From Bacteroidales bacterium (GTDB lineage: Bacteria; Bacteroidota; Bacteroidia; Bacteroidales; UBA12077), in contig JANQHR010000088.1 of assembly GCA_028282585.1 (NCBI GenBank), positions 1 to 62,507 on the forward strand: DNA of 62,507 bases. Reading direction: 5' to 3'. The notes under the pieces are model-generated. The model was not told the origin of the DNA, ran no database searches, and saw only the letters and a program-made list of their open reading frames with translations. Within the stretch, counting starts at the first letter, position 1, and each line of letters opens with the position of its first letter. Positions 47,762 to 57,404 of this stretch are shown here, one piece after another. The position numbers and the translations under genes were made by a program.

Positions 47762-49549
47762 ATGAGAATCGCTGAAATAGATGGTAAGAGGTTATATTAC
47801 ACCTTTATAGCTGGTGCAAACAAAATTATCGAAAATCAGGTAAAATTGAATAAAATCAATGTTTTTCCTGTAAGAGATGGTGATACAGGCACCAATATGG
47901 TATCTACTATACGAGCGGTAATAGAATCAACCAAGCCGGATAAATCATATAAAATAACCGCGGATAGGATAGCTGAATCTACATTGCTAAATGCGCGAGG
48001 GAACTCAGGAATTATTTTTGCCCAGTTTCTTTATGGAGTAAGTAACGAAACAGATAACCTCAGTAAGGTTTCAATCGATCATTTTATTGAGTCTGTAAAG
48101 AATTCGGTGCGGTATGTTTATGAAGCGGTTGCAGAACCTGTAGAAGGTACTATGCTTACAATAATAAAAACGTGGGCTGAATTTATGGATTCAAACCGAA
48201 GCAAATTTTCTGATTTTAATCAGCTGTTTGTTAACTCCATGGAAATATTAGAAAAAGCATTGAAAGAAACCAAATCAAAACTTGATGTTCTTGCTAAAGC
48301 AAATGTAGTAGATGCCGGAGCTAATGCATTTGTGTATTTTATTGAAGGTATTATTGAATTTATTCGATCAAAAAATATTAGAAAGCTAATACAAGCCAGG
48401 GCCAAAACAGAAATATTTCCTGAAATTGAAGAACACATTCCTGAAGAAGTAGGATTAAGGTATTGTACGGAAGCTATGATAAAAGATGTTCAGATAGGTC
48501 AAAAATCTTTATCCGGATTATTACAAAAACATGGAGACTCGGTTGTAGTTGCAGGCGCTGAAAAGACAAGGCGAATACATGTTCATACTGATCATCCTGC
48601 AAAATTATTTGATGAACTTCAGGAATATGGAACTATAACTTTTCAAAAAGCTGATGACATGTTAAGGCAAAGCGAAGCGGTTTATAGCAGAAAATGGAAC
48701 ATTGCTTTAGTTACTGATTCAGCTTGCGATTTACCACAAGATTTGATTGATAAGTATCAAATTCATATGCTTCCTTTAAATATTTTTTTTGGTGATAACC
48801 ATTATTTAGATAAAACAACTATTCAGCCTGAACAATTTTATAAAAGATTAAAATCAGAAAAGGTTTTTCCAAAAACTGCTCAAATAAACGAGGTATCATT
48901 TAAAAATTTATATTCGCATTTGGCTTCGTATTACGATGCCATAATAGCTGTACACCTTACCGGTAAGTTTAGTGGTACTTTTTTTAATAGCCAAAAAGCA
49001 GGTGAAAAAATAAGTAAGGAATTTAAAAAACCTATTGCGGTTATTGATTCAAAAAACCTCTCAGGAGCTTTAGGTTTAACAATACTTAGAATTGCCCGGG
49101 AGATTGAAAAAGGTGAATCTTTTGAAAATATTGTGCATAAAGCAGACAAATGGGTTAAAGATAGCCGAATTTATGTAAGTGTTAAAACACTAAAATATAT
49201 GGTGCGTGGAGGTCGGGTTTCGCCATGGAAAGGTTTAATCGCTAAAATTCTTAATGTTAATCCGATTGTTTCGATGGATAAGGATGGAAAGTCTTTAGTG
49301 TTTGGTAAAACGTATAGTCAAAAGTCAAACATGGAAAAAGTTATGAACCATATACAGGAAATAACATCTGAAAAAAAGGTTTGGAATTATATTGTATTAC
49401 ATGCAAATAATGAAGGCGCTGCGGAATGGTATGCAAAAGAAATGAAACAAATTACAGAGAAGGAACCTGTTTCTATTGTTAATATCTCGCCCGTGATTGG
49501 TGCAAATGCAGGAATTGGTGCTGCTTCTGTAGCTTTTATGTACGAATAA
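47762..49549 (+). CDS. DAK2/FakA - DegV/FakB fusion (fatty-acid kinase-like)
   Basis: INVFPVRDGDTGTNM, ARGNSG, VVDAGA, YCTE, HVHTD; DegV VTDSACDL, FSGT, RGGR. Confidence 0.9.
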   Translation: MRIAEIDGKRLYYTFIAGANKIIENQVKLNKINVFPVRDGDTGTNMVSTIRAVIESTKPDKSYKITADRIAESTLLNARGNSGIIFAQFLYGVSNETDNLSKVSIDHFIESVKNSVRYVYEAVAEPVEGTMLTIIKTWAEFMDSNRSKFSDFNQLFVNSMEILEKALKETKSKLDVLAKANVVDAGANAFVYFIEGIIEFIRSKNIRKLIQARAKTEIFPEIEEHIPEEVGLRYCTEAMIKDVQIGQKSLSGLLQKHGDSVVVAGAEKTRRIHVHTDHPAKLFDELQEYGTITFQKADDMLRQSEAVYSRKWNIALVTDSACDLPQDLIDKYQIHMLPLNIFFGDNHYLDKTTIQPEQFYKRLKSEKVFPKTAQINEVSFKNLYSHLASYYDAIIAVHLTGKFSGTFFNSQKAGEKISKEFKKPIAVIDSKNLSGALGLTILRIAREIEKGESFENIVHKADKWVKDSRIYVSVKTLKYMVRGGRVSPWKGLIAKILNVNPIVSMDKDGKSLVFGKTYSQKSNMEKVMNHIQEITSEKKVWNYIVLHANNEGAAEWYAKEMKQITEKEPVSIVNISPVIGANAGIGAASVAFMYE

Positions 49550-49560
49550 ATACTGGAGTT

Positions 49561-50343
49561 TTGAGTTTTTTTGATATGTACATACAGGGACTAGTGGTTA
49601 TTATGATTTTAATGACATTACTATGGATTATAAGTGTCATTAAAACAAATGCAAGTATTGTAGATCCTTTTTGGGGGTTTACGTATGTTTTAGCTACAAT
49701 TTGGTATTACTTACAAATCGGAGGTTCTGAACCCAGAAAAATAATTGTACTTACTCTCGTAATCTTGTGGGGAATAAGATTATCTATTTTCCTTGGATGG
49801 CGAAATGCTGGAAAGGGAGAAGATTTCAGGTATCAACAATTCAGAAAGGATTATGGTGAAAAACGCTATTGGTGGGTAAGTTTTTTCCAGGTTTTTCTTT
49901 TGCAGGGTATATTGGCGTGGTTAATTTCATCTCCTTTATTAGCAGCTATTTATTATACGGGATCAGAAAATTTAAAGATTTTAGATTTAATCGCAATTTT
50001 TATATGGATCATAGGTTTTATGTTTGAAGCAGGCGGAGATTGGCAAATGGCACGATTTAAGACCAAGCCTGAAAATAAAGGAAAGGTTTTAAATAAAGGG
50101 TTTTGGAAATATACAAGGCATCCTAATTACTTTGGTGATGCGGCAATATGGTGGGCTTTTGGTTTATTTGGGATAGCTTCAGGAAGCTACCTTACTTTTT
50201 TAAGCTCTATTCTTATGACATTTCTTTTGATAAGGGTTTCAGGTGTAAGATTGTTAGAGCGAACCTTAAAGGATAAAAAACCTGCATACAGAGACTATAT
50301 GGAAAAAACAAGTGCCTTTTTACCCTGGTTTCCAAAAAAATAG
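49561..50343 (+). CDS. DUF1295 steroid-5-alpha-reductase-like membrane protein
   Basis: VDPFWG, WGIRL, EDFRY, RHPNYFG; TTG start. Confidence 0.88.
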   Translation: MSFFDMYIQGLVVIMILMTLLWIISVIKTNASIVDPFWGFTYVLATIWYYLQIGGSEPRKIIVLTLVILWGIRLSIFLGWRNAGKGEDFRYQQFRKDYGEKRYWWVSFFQVFLLQGILAWLISSPLLAAIYYTGSENLKILDLIAIFIWIIGFMFEAGGDWQMARFKTKPENKGKVLNKGFWKYTRHPNYFGDAAIWWAFGLFGIASGSYLTFLSSILMTFLLIRVSGVRLLERTLKDKKPAYRDYMEKTSAFLPWFPKK

Positions 50344-50348
50344 TACTG

Positions 50349-50618
50349 ATGCAATATTTGAAAGAACATATTTGGTTGATACTATTTATTATATGGGGAC
50401 TTCCTTTAACCTTTTACAGAAGTAAATTCAGGAAAATTGTATACCAAACTGATCGCTGGATCATAAATATAAAACCTGTTTTTTGGAAAGAGATTAAAGC
50501 ATTAACAGGTACAGTTTATCCGGAGAATACAGCCTATATTAAATTCAGGAATTTCTACCGGTTTTATTTATTTATCTACCTGGTCCTTTTTGTTTTATAC
50601 CTGGTTTTATCAAAATAA
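50349..50618 (+). CDS. Small 2-TM hypothetical protein
   Basis: Tightly packed in the operon, two hydrophobic ends. Confidence 0.7.
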   Translation: MQYLKEHIWLILFIIWGLPLTFYRSKFRKIVYQTDRWIINIKPVFWKEIKALTGTVYPENTAYIKFRNFYRFYLFIYLVLFVLYLVLSK

Positions 50619-50623
50619 ATATT

Positions 50624-51088
50624 ATGAATAAAATACAAGTTGGAAGCAACATACCTTCTTTTAAATTGCTAGATCAGCACGGCGAAGAATTTGATATCAA
50701 TAGTGTTTTAGGAAAGAAGAACCTTGTAATCTATTTTTATCCGAAAGATGATAGTCCGGGATGCACAGCTGAAGCCTGCTATTTTCAGGATCAATTTGAA
50801 GTGTTTAAAGAAGCTGATGCAGAAGTGATTGGAATTAGCAGCCAATCAGTTAAAAGTCATAAACAGTTTGCTGAGAAATATAGGCTAACGTATACTTTAT
50901 TAAGTGATATGGGAAATAAAATTAGAAAACTATTTGGTGTTCCTGCTAATTTTTTTGGATTATTACCGGGAAGAGTGACTTATATAGTGGATAAAACAGG
51001 TAAGGTAATTTTTATGTTTAATTCTCAGATTCAGGCTACCAAACATGTAGATGAAGCTTTAAAAATACTTCAAAATTTAGGGCAATAG
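50624..51088 (+). CDS. bcp: Peroxiredoxin (BCP/PrxQ)
   Basis: YFYPKDDSPGCTAEAC. Confidence 0.9.
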   Translation: MNKIQVGSNIPSFKLLDQHGEEFDINSVLGKKNLVIYFYPKDDSPGCTAEACYFQDQFEVFKEADAEVIGISSQSVKSHKQFAEKYRLTYTLLSDMGNKIRKLFGVPANFFGLLPGRVTYIVDKTGKVIFMFNSQIQATKHVDEALKILQNLGQ

Positions 51089-51133
51089 CTTTTATCTCTT
51101 TGAATTCTAATTCAGTATGGTTAATTTTATATA

Positions 51134-52084
51134 ATGGTTGACCTAAAATCTAAAATGATGAAGAAACTTTATATAGCATTGAAAGAATTATTTAGCCAGC
51201 AAAATGAATTCTTTCAGTTGGCAAAAAAGGGAAAAAGAATAACCCATATCGCTTTAGCAATTCCAATGCTACTGGTTCTTTTTTTTGCAGGTTTTGTTGT
51301 TAGCGGTTTAATATTTTACCCTATTATAGATAGGTTCTTTGAGGTTAATGAAGCCTGGTTCTCATTTTATAATCTATTTGTCTCTTTCGGTTTTGTGATA
51401 GTATTCCTTTGGATATGGGTCCGCTTTTTTGAGGAGAGGTCTTTTATTACCCTTGGATTTAATCTAAAAGGTGCCCTAAAAAAGTATTTAAAGGGATTTT
51501 TTGTTGGTATACTAATGCTGGTTATTGTAATTGGATTAATGAGCGTGATAGGTACGGTTAGGATTCTGGATAATCCTGAACCTTTTGGAATAAATGGACT
51601 TGGAATTGTATTATTGTTATTGTTGGGATATATAGTTCAAGGAGCTTCAGAAGAAATTATAGCACGGGGATGGCAATTTCAAGTAATTGGGGCAAGATAC
51701 AAACCTTGGTTGGGAGCGGTTATTTCATCAGTTATTTTTGCATTATTACATGGTCTTAATGCGGGAATCAATCTTTTAGCATTAATAAACTTAGCTTTAT
51801 TTGCTTTCTTATTGATCTTCATGATTTTGCATGATAAGAGTATTTGGGCTGCATGCGGATGGCATACGGCCTGGAACTGGACAATGGAAAACGTTTTCGG
51901 CTTAAAAGTAAGTGGTACGGAAGGAATAGTATCTGTTTTTAAGTTCAGAACAGAAGGTCCATCAATAATTACAGGGGGAGATTTTGGGCCTGAAGCAAGT
52001 ATTTTAACTTCTATTGTGCTTATTGGAGGAATGATTTATATCTTAGTAGTTTCTAAGAATAAATCTAAAATCAATGAGACGTAA
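51134..52084 (+). CDS. CPBP (CAAX/Abi) intramembrane metalloprotease
   Basis: EEIIARG, FALLH, HTAWN. Confidence 0.9.
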   Translation: MVDLKSKMMKKLYIALKELFSQQNEFFQLAKKGKRITHIALAIPMLLVLFFAGFVVSGLIFYPIIDRFFEVNEAWFSFYNLFVSFGFVIVFLWIWVRFFEERSFITLGFNLKGALKKYLKGFFVGILMLVIVIGLMSVIGTVRILDNPEPFGINGLGIVLLLLLGYIVQGASEEIIARGWQFQVIGARYKPWLGAVISSVIFALLHGLNAGINLLALINLALFAFLLIFMILHDKSIWAACGWHTAWNWTMENVFGLKVSGTEGIVSVFKFRTEGPSIITGGDFGPEASILTSIVLIGGMIYILVVSKNKSKINET

Positions 52085-52541
52085 AGACAGAGCAGTAACT
52101 GACCCTGCTGAAATTCAATCTATTATAAGTAAGGCCGATGTGTGCAGAATCGCACTTGTCGATGATCAACAACCTTACCTGGTTACCTTAAATTTTGGCT
52201 ATAAACCTGGTGATCCTGCTAATTTGTATTTTCATTGTGCTAACGAAGGACGGAAGATCGACATTATTAAAAAGAATAATTCCACTTGTTTTCAAATGGA
52301 TGTAGATCATGAATTGGTTGAGGCAAAAAAAGCTTGTGGATTTGGTATGAATTTTAAAAGCATTGTTGGCACAGGCAAGATTTTTATTGTTGAGGATAAA
52401 GAAGAAAAAATAGAGGGATTAAACTGCATTATGAAGCAATATTCGGACAGGGATAACTTTGAATATGAAGATGAGATGCTTGATATTACTACTATCTTAA
52501 AGTTAGAGATAGACCAAATGACCGCCAAAAAGAAAATATAA
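52074..52541 (+). CDS. Pyridoxamine-5'-phosphate-oxidase-like flavin-binding protein (NimA-like)
   Basis: MRRKDR, PYLVTLNFGY, YFHCANEGRK. Confidence 0.88.
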   Translation: MRRKDRAVTDPAEIQSIISKADVCRIALVDDQQPYLVTLNFGYKPGDPANLYFHCANEGRKIDIIKKNNSTCFQMDVDHELVEAKKACGFGMNFKSIVGTGKIFIVEDKEEKIEGLNCIMKQYSDRDNFEYEDEMLDITTILKLEIDQMTAKKKI

Positions 52542-53084
52542 GTGAAGACCTATATTGCTATATTACGGGGAATAAATGTAAGCGGGCAAAAGTTAATTAA
52601 AATGCAAGATTTAAAATTGCATCTTGAAAAAATGGGTTTCTCTAATATTAAAACATATATACAAACCGGAAATGTTATCTTTGGTTCAGTTGAGGTAAAT
52701 GCAAAAAAGGTGGAAGCAGGCGTAGTAAAATGTATCAAAGCAAATTTTGGATTTGATGTCCCTGTAATTATTAGAACGGCAGAGGAATGGATAGAAGCGG
52801 TTAATAACAACCCTTTTAGTAAACAACCTGAAATTGAAGTTGATAAATTACATGTTGTATTCCTTGAAAAGGAACTTGAAAAGGCTTATATGAATATGGT
52901 TGGAAAAAAGGATTTTACCCCGGATGAATATCTTTTCGGTAAGAAGGAAATTTATATATATTGTCCAAATGGATATGCTAAAACCAAACTATCGAATAGC
53001 TTTTTTGAGAAAATATTAAATCAAAAAACAACTACTCGGAATTGGAAAACAGTAAATAAGATTTTAGAAATAGCAATTAATTAA
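52542..53084 (+). CDS. DUF1697 family protein
   Basis: LRGINVSG, TYIQTGNV, TTRNWKT. Confidence 0.9.
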   Translation: MKTYIAILRGINVSGQKLIKMQDLKLHLEKMGFSNIKTYIQTGNVIFGSVEVNAKKVEAGVVKCIKANFGFDVPVIIRTAEEWIEAVNNNPFSKQPEIEVDKLHVVFLEKELEKAYMNMVGKKDFTPDEYLFGKKEIYIYCPNGYAKTKLSNSFFEKILNQKTTTRNWKTVNKILEIAIN

Positions 53085-53093
53085 TTTGAATTT

Positions 53094-53531
53094 ATGGATC
53101 AAAAAGAACCTATTATTGTAGAGCAATATTTTAAAAAAGATATTAACGTTGTATGGAAAGCCATTACAGAATTGGATCAAATGACAAAATGGTTTTTTGA
53201 GAACATTCCCGATTTTAAGCCCGAGGTAGGATTTAAAACGCAGTTTAATGTGCAATCTGCGGAAAGAAATTTTTTTCATTTATGGGAAATAATTAAAGTT
53301 GATCCAGGTAAAAAGATAGTCTATGACTGGAGATACCAGGAGTACCCGGGGATAGGCAAGGTAACTTTTGAGTTAGCGGAAAAAGATGATCAAACGGTTT
53401 TAAAGCTTACCAATGAAGGATTGGAAAGTTTTCCCGATGATATTCCCGAATTTACAAGAGAGAGTTGTGTAGGAGGGTGGAACTATTTTATAAAAGAGAG
53501 GCTTAAAACTTACTTGGAAACCATCGGTTAA
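53094..53531 (+). CDS. SRPBCC (AHSA1-like) domain protein
   Basis: VWKAITE..WF, VTFEL, GGWNYF. Confidence 0.88.
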   Translation: MDQKEPIIVEQYFKKDINVVWKAITELDQMTKWFFENIPDFKPEVGFKTQFNVQSAERNFFHLWEIIKVDPGKKIVYDWRYQEYPGIGKVTFELAEKDDQTVLKLTNEGLESFPDDIPEFTRESCVGGWNYFIKERLKTYLETIG

Positions 53532-53603
53532 TTTATTTTAACCGATGACTCTGTTTTGTGTTTCTCACTTATGATAAATTTTAAGTGCAAAGGAGCTAAC
53601 CAT

Positions 53604-54021
53604 TCAAAACAACAGGTCAACACCGAAATATTCATGAATAGCCTTATTTCTCATTCTATACATTTCATCCCAAGGAATATTTGAGTATTTTTCTTTTACA
53701 TTCTTTGGAATTTTTATTTCCTCAAACAAACCTTCCTTTCTTTGATGGGCAGTCCATTCGTAAACTCTATCGATTACTAAAATAGGAACATTACCTAATG
53801 TTCCGGAAATTAGTGCTCCAACTATTGAACCACCGCGACCGATACCAACAATTAAAGTTGGATAATAATTATCCTGAATAAGTTTATCTTTTAAGTAAAG
53901 TACTCCCTTTTGCACTTTTTCCCAGGTAATCTTTAACTAACCATTTATAAATTGTCCAAATTGATATTAAACCGCCTAGAATAGAGAAAAAGTAAATAGT
54001 TATATCTAAAAATAATTTCAT
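53604..54021 (-). pseudogene. Frameshifted TM-phosphoribosyltransferase fragment fused to a HepT/DUF86 fragment
   Basis: ATG 54021 MKLFLDITIYFFSILGG.. shifts frame near 53930 into ITWEKV..PTLIVGIGRGG, then IPWDEMYRMRNKAIHEYFGVD. Confidence 0.7.
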
Positions 54022-54183
54022 AGGTTTTATTTTAAAATATTTTTAAACTTTTTGGTGGCGAAGTAGCTAAATATGCTTAATCGAAAATCTAATTTGTGCG
54101 AAGCAAAAAAGCTCGTTGAGAAAAGCTAAACCAAATTATTGTCATACCTGCCATACTAACCCTGAAAAATACAGGTGTAAAAA

Positions 54184-54205
54184 AGCCGGATTACAAATCC
54201 GACTT
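54184..54205. repeat. REP-like hairpin CGGATTACAAATCCG
   Basis: cggatt-aca-aatccg with flanking aag/ctt. Confidence 0.55.
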
Positions 54206-54293
54206 AGCTGGGATTTAAGCAGATATGAAGTTCACTATATCTGAAAAAAGACCCGTCATTAGTAAAGTAAAATGAAATTTTAGCTATTAGAAT

Positions 54294-54454
54294 GGGGATG
54301 TCCAAAAAGTCTTAGTGTTCTTTGTGCTTGCTTTGTGAAACTTTGTGGTATAATTATAAAAGGCTGTTACACAGAGAACCACAAAGAAAACACAAAGTTA
54401 CTCAAAGTGAAAAATACGAACAAAATTTAACTATTGTACTTTTTGGACACCCCC
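54294..54454. mobile_element. MITE-like element with 17-bp terminal inverted repeats
   Basis: ggggatgtccaaaaagt / actttttggacaccccc (16/17); internal CTTTGTG x4 facing CACAAAG x4. Confidence 0.75.
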
Positions 54455-54511
54455 AAACATAGCCTTTTTACTATGTTTATTATAGCTGGCTTAATTTAAT
54501 CGCATAACAAA

Positions 54512-57295
54512 TTATAATATTTCGCAGGCAGATTTAGCTCCATTTTCTTTCAGTTTTTGATAGATCGGGTAATAATTTACCAAATCCAGTGCGCTTTTAT
54601 AAGTTCTTTTCGAATATCCTGTCTTCCAATTAGTAACCAGATTAATCTCAGCGCCTTTATTCACCAGGAAGTTAACCAACTGTTCATCATTTATTTCAAC
54701 AGCTAAATGGAGCACTGTAGTTCCATTTTCATCTTGCTCATTAATATTTACGCCTTTATCAATCAAGTAATTTATTAAGCCGGCTTTATCGGTTATATGT
54801 TCATTTTTTATTACGTTGTACAATAAGCTGAAGCTGCTCTCTTTAAAATCTAACTTGTCACTACCGGCATTAACAGCAGTTTTTACGGCTTCGAGGTCGA
54901 GATATCTTGTAACATCAAACAATATCTTGTTATCAATATAAGCTCCGTTATCAATGAGTAATTTTAATAGCTCTGCTGTTCCGTTTCTGGTGCATTCCTT
55001 AACAATTGTATTATTCGTATCTAAATTTACGTTAGCTCCTTTTTCAAGTAAAAACCTGGCAGTTTCTAATTGTTTTCCGGCTACAGCAAAAAACAGGGGT
55101 GTATAATAATTTCGCTGCTGTTTATCCGGATTGTCAACACTAAGCCCACGATCTAAAAACAATTGGCACAAATCCATATGCCCATAATATGCGGCTATAT
55201 CAAAAGGAGTAGCAATCCTGTTATTAAAGGTGCTGACATCGTTTAGATCGTAATAAACATTATATATACCGCTCAATGTGCCGGGCTTTTCCTCGTAACC
55301 AATGTTTCCATTGCCATAAGCTTCCATGAGTATTTTCATGATTTCTGCATTCCCTTTAATTGCGGCCAGGTGAAATGCATTTAAGCCTTCCCCTAGAAAT
55401 AAATAAATTATAGGTGATGCATTATGTTCAATAAGCATTTTTACAATATCAGCATGCTCATTTTCTATGGCCCAACGCAAAGGAGCACTTCCATAAATGG
55501 GATATGGTTTGTATCCATCTTTTTTATTCCAGGAAATACTTACTTCTGCATTGTTTTCAATTAATAGTTTTGCCACATCATACCGACCCAGATAAGCGGC
55601 CCAGCACAAAGGGGTTAACCCACCGGAGGTAGGTTGATTAATGTCAACCCCCTTATTAATAATATTTCTAACAGACTTAATGTCATTCTGCTCAATTGCA
55701 AAGAACATTTTTTTATAATCGTCGCTTAACACTTTTGAATATTTTAAAAAGAGGTTAATTGTTTCAATATTTCCCTTACGGAATTCATAAAACAGAAACG
55801 ATTGTCCATTAAAAATATATTCATCGGCATTTACTTTATTTTTAAGCAGAATTTCGACAAAAACCGGATCATTAATATGGTATAAAACCCACTTTCCTTC
55901 CCTTTCAAAATTTTCATCAGCCTTAATCAGAAATTTGAACATTTCTGTGTCGTTGTTATTGGCAGCTATATAATAACCCTGTTTGCTGACCGAATTAGAG
56001 AATTTATCCGAAAGTAAATATTTAACAATGTTAATATGTCCCGAATTAACAGCATATTCAAACATATATACCTGTTGCTTTTTATCTCCGTTTATAATTG
56101 TACGTTTATATTGGTTGAATGAATAATATTCATCTTCATTTATCAGCTGCCGGAGTTTTTTTTCGTTGTTAATATCAATAGCATCAAATATTTCCTGTCC
56201 TTCAGTTTCGACCTGAAGTGAATCCGGCATTACTTTATTCATTGATGATGATGCTATGTATTTTCCCGGGCCAATTTCGGTGCCATCATTCTGAATAATT
56301 TTAATTCCGTATTTGTTTCCCTGATAAACAAGGTTTAATAGAATAGATGTGTATGCTCTGCTAACAGACAAATCAAGGAGGGTTTTATAGTCGGATGTTA
56401 CCGAAGACAAACTGTTTTTGGCGGCAGCTTTATTAATAATCAGATTAGCAACATCTGTCCATTTTTCAGATTTGTAGTCTCCCAGGTAGTTGCCTTTAAA
56501 AAGTAAATCTAAAACAGGTAGTTCCTGAACAGGTTCACGGTAATTCTTGAATTTGACCTTTTGATCAAAAGATGCTCCATTTTGCAAGCAAACTTTCACG
56601 AAATCGGATTTTCGTTTTTTAAGGCATTTGTAAAGCAGCGTTTCTCCATCCGGATCTAATGCGGTATTTATATCCAACCCGTTTTTAATCAGTAATTCGA
56701 CTGCTGCCGGTGTTGCGCGCTTATATGCGAAATATAATGGGTTTTGTCCATCGATTTTTAATGTGTCCAAATCAATAGAATCAATTATAATTTGGGCCTC
56801 ACTGTAATTTTTGTTTCTTAATGCACTTTTAAGAGCTTCGGTTTTTTTTGCTATTATACCGGTTTGTAATAAACGCATGACAGATACTTTACAACCTACG
56901 GAAGAAGCTATTTCAATGGGAGTTGGAAAACTCATGTTTAACGGCATATTAACCTGCTCGGTACTTTCCGCAAGTATTGCCTGAACTAACCAGTCTATGC
57001 AACCATAACATGCCGCATGTAATACCGAATTATCCGAACCATTATCCCATAAAATATTGGCACCTTTTTTTACAAGGTAATCAGCAATACTATCATGTCC
57101 GTAATAAGCCGCATAATGCAAAACAGACAATTTACGTATTTCCCAGTTTGCCTGGTTTTTATTTTTAATGATGGTTTGTACTTTCGCCAGATTGTTATTC
57201 TTTATTGCGGTGAGGACTTCATTTTTTCCATTTGCATTAACAATTTGTGAAAACAAAAGAATAATACCTATAATTTTTAGTTTTTTTGTATTCAT
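54512..57295 (-). CDS. Secreted ankyrin-repeat protein
   Basis: Signal peptide; many repeats (LHYAAYYGH, GLTPLCWAAYLG, GTTVLHLAV..GAEIN). Confidence 0.92.
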   Translation of the reverse strand: MNTKKLKIIGIILLFSQIVNANGKNEVLTAIKNNNLAKVQTIIKNKNQANWEIRKLSVLHYAAYYGHDSIADYLVKKGANILWDNGSDNSVLHAACYGCIDWLVQAILAESTEQVNMPLNMSFPTPIEIASSVGCKVSVMRLLQTGIIAKKTEALKSALRNKNYSEAQIIIDSIDLDTLKIDGQNPLYFAYKRATPAAVELLIKNGLDINTALDPDGETLLYKCLKKRKSDFVKVCLQNGASFDQKVKFKNYREPVQELPVLDLLFKGNYLGDYKSEKWTDVANLIINKAAAKNSLSSVTSDYKTLLDLSVSRAYTSILLNLVYQGNKYGIKIIQNDGTEIGPGKYIASSSMNKVMPDSLQVETEGQEIFDAIDINNEKKLRQLINEDEYYSFNQYKRTIINGDKKQQVYMFEYAVNSGHINIVKYLLSDKFSNSVSKQGYYIAANNNDTEMFKFLIKADENFEREGKWVLYHINDPVFVEILLKNKVNADEYIFNGQSFLFYEFRKGNIETINLFLKYSKVLSDDYKKMFFAIEQNDIKSVRNIINKGVDINQPTSGGLTPLCWAAYLGRYDVAKLLIENNAEVSISWNKKDGYKPYPIYGSAPLRWAIENEHADIVKMLIEHNASPIIYLFLGEGLNAFHLAAIKGNAEIMKILMEAYGNGNIGYEEKPGTLSGIYNVYYDLNDVSTFNNRIATPFDIAAYYGHMDLCQLFLDRGLSVDNPDKQQRNYYTPLFFAVAGKQLETARFLLEKGANVNLDTNNTIVKECTRNGTAELLKLLIDNGAYIDNKILFDVTRYLDLEAVKTAVNAGSDKLDFKESSFSLLYNVIKNEHITDKAGLINYLIDKGVNINEQDENGTTVLHLAVEINDEQLVNFLVNKGAEINLVTNWKTGYSKRTYKSALDLVNYYPIYQKLKENGAKSACEIL

Positions 57296-57404
57296 TTATA
57301 TCCATTTATAATTAGTTCTTCTAATACACTAAGCACTTTTCTTGTGGACTCCGGCATTTAAAAAAGTGTCAACCTATTTTAGCACGTGACACATAGCACG
57401 CCAT

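Noticed and set aside
53604-53915. Functional HepT-MntA toxin-antitoxin pair
   Set aside because: Only a short HepT fragment and no nucleotidyltransferase partner
54311-54407. Possible CRISPR array
   Set aside because: 7-nt units with 2-4 nt gaps in inverted arrangement; no spacers or cas genes
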